Below are positions 62,420 through 64,000 of a stretch of DNA of 64,000 bases, piece by piece (position 1 is the stretch's first letter; every line of letters begins with the position of its first letter). Source of the DNA: Paragordius varius (Eukaryota; Animalia; Nematomorpha); NCBI GenBank assembly GCA_964247055.1, contig OZ176052.1, positions 2,356,001 to 2,420,000 on the forward strand, in the 5' to 3' direction. The position numbers and the translations under genes were made by a program. The notes under the pieces were generated by a model that worked only from the letters and a program-made list of their open reading frames with translations, was not told the origin of the DNA and made no database searches.

Positions 62420-64000
62420 ATGCTGAAATCACGCAATCTCAGCATCCGTATCGGAACGTGGAATTTACGCGGAGCTTATAACAATAATAATTTAGATATA
62501 GTAGTTAAAGAAATGACCAAGCATAAAATTGACATGCTAGGAATTTCAGAACCACACATTCCCTCTACCGGAACTTTAAAATTTGACAATAATATACTGT
62601 ATTACTCCGGCCATGACTCGTTTAAATACAACGGTGTCGGTAAGCTAGCTAATTTATCTGACATTTTTAATCCAATCCATAAACATATAATTGCAATCCG
62701 CATACAAACAACCCCTCAACCCATTACAATCTTTCAAATTTACGCCCCTACCTCCACTTACAGCGATGACGACTGTGAAAATTTTTTACAGTGATCTCGA
62801 CTTGGCGATTTCCAAATATCAAAAAAGATATCATATTTATCTTAGGCGAATTCAATTCAATCATAGAAAAAGATAAAACGTCTTCTATGACGGGTGACAT
62901 AGGCTTGGGCATAAAAAACGAGAGGAGATAGATTGATTGAATTTTGTGCTAACCATCGTTTCTTCGTCTCAAACACCTTATTTAAACAGCCCAAACGACG
63001 TCTATACACTGGCGTTCCCCGTGTCAGAGATACCAAATTCACTTCATATTAGGTATGGTTAAATATAAAAGTTCATTTAATAATGTCAAATGCCTACCAG
63101 GATCGGATTGCTTCAGCGACGCACAACCTATTGATCGCCAAACTCCGCATTAAATTACAACTCCCCAAAATATCCAAACCCACCAGAACAAGATTAAATT
63201 ATGATACAATTGACGACAAGTTTAGCACCGCTTTATCAAATCGTTTCGAGTGTCTTGATCATAATTCCGAAAACTATAACATTATAAATTCCTTTTGGAA
63301 CGCTATACACACAATCTGCAGAGATACAGCGGACGAATTTATTCAGCCTCTCAAACATACAAAACAAAAAATAAAATTGACAACAAAAAGTCGTGAGATT
63401 GCAGAAAAACGTAGAGAATCCAAAATCAAAGCAAATGGGATAGTACAAACAACTACAGCGAATTTTAAAAGATTACATGAGAGGACAAAAATAATTATTA
63501 TGACCAACTTGTGAAAAATTAGAAAGAGACGCCAAAAATAACCGAAACCCTTTTGCCCATACAAACAATATTATTCCACACAAAAAAGCTTTTTACAAGA
63601 GACCTACGAGAAACGACAACAACTCAATCGTCACCGAAAAAGACGAAATCCGCAACTGGCTTAAACACAAGTAGACTTTACAACGTAAATTATTCCCAGA
63701 CTATCAACGAACCTACTCAAGAGAAAGACCCACCTAAAATGAAAGAAGAAGAAGTTGAACACGCTATAAAACACTCTAGTATAGGCTATTCAGAGGGGCA
63801 CAGAGACATCCATACTGAAATAATAAAATATATCCCAATCGATATACTTACCAAATTATTTCAAAATATATTTGAGATGGAAATAATTCCTGAGGATTGG
63901 TGTACATCAACTATGATTCTTATTTTAAAAGAGGGTAATCCAGAACTGTGCGACAACTATCGCACCATAACGCTCATTAACCAGGTGGCCAAAGTTTTCC
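62420..64000 (+). mobile_element. RTE-type LINE, 5' part (APE endonuclease plus RT start), frameshifted; runs off the window
   Basis: IRIGTWNLRG..IDMLGISE..YSGH..NGVG..ITIFQIYAPT; GEFNS; later DIHTEIIK..EDWCTSTMILILK.GN..CDNYRTITLINQVAKV. Confidence 0.85.

Overview
Very AT-rich, intron-containing animal genomic DNA, not prokaryotic, with no CRISPR or rRNA. I assembled five protein-coding genes by hand from GT-AG exon chains: the 3' end of nicastrin (+), a secreted ZP-domain/cuticlin-like gene (+), a 24-exon slowpoke/BK channel gene slo-1 (+, about 1461 aa), a divergent and probably catalytically dead DDAH-like gene (-), and an AMPK beta subunit gene (-). The rest is dominated by several MITE families, a non-autonomous Helitron, a decayed hAT transposase and RTE-type LINE fragments. 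The fly-like slo linker and cuticlin-like ZP gene suggest a protostome, probably an ecdysozoan; a parasitic worm such as a nematomorph is only a guess. Main points of interest: (1) homology-supported ultra-short spliceosomal introns (23, 24 and probably 27 nt) coexisting with kb-scale, MITE-inflated introns; (2) an AMPK-beta whose glycogen-binding module is split by a 136-aa segment carrying a PP1-type RVxF motif, with three RxRxxS/T motifs in the same exon; (3) a BK channel with a roughly 330-aa S0-S1 loop and natural substitutions at Mg2+-site and inner-vestibule residues; (4) a DDAH pseudoenzyme. All alignments are by eye against remembered reference sequences, and no computation was run.
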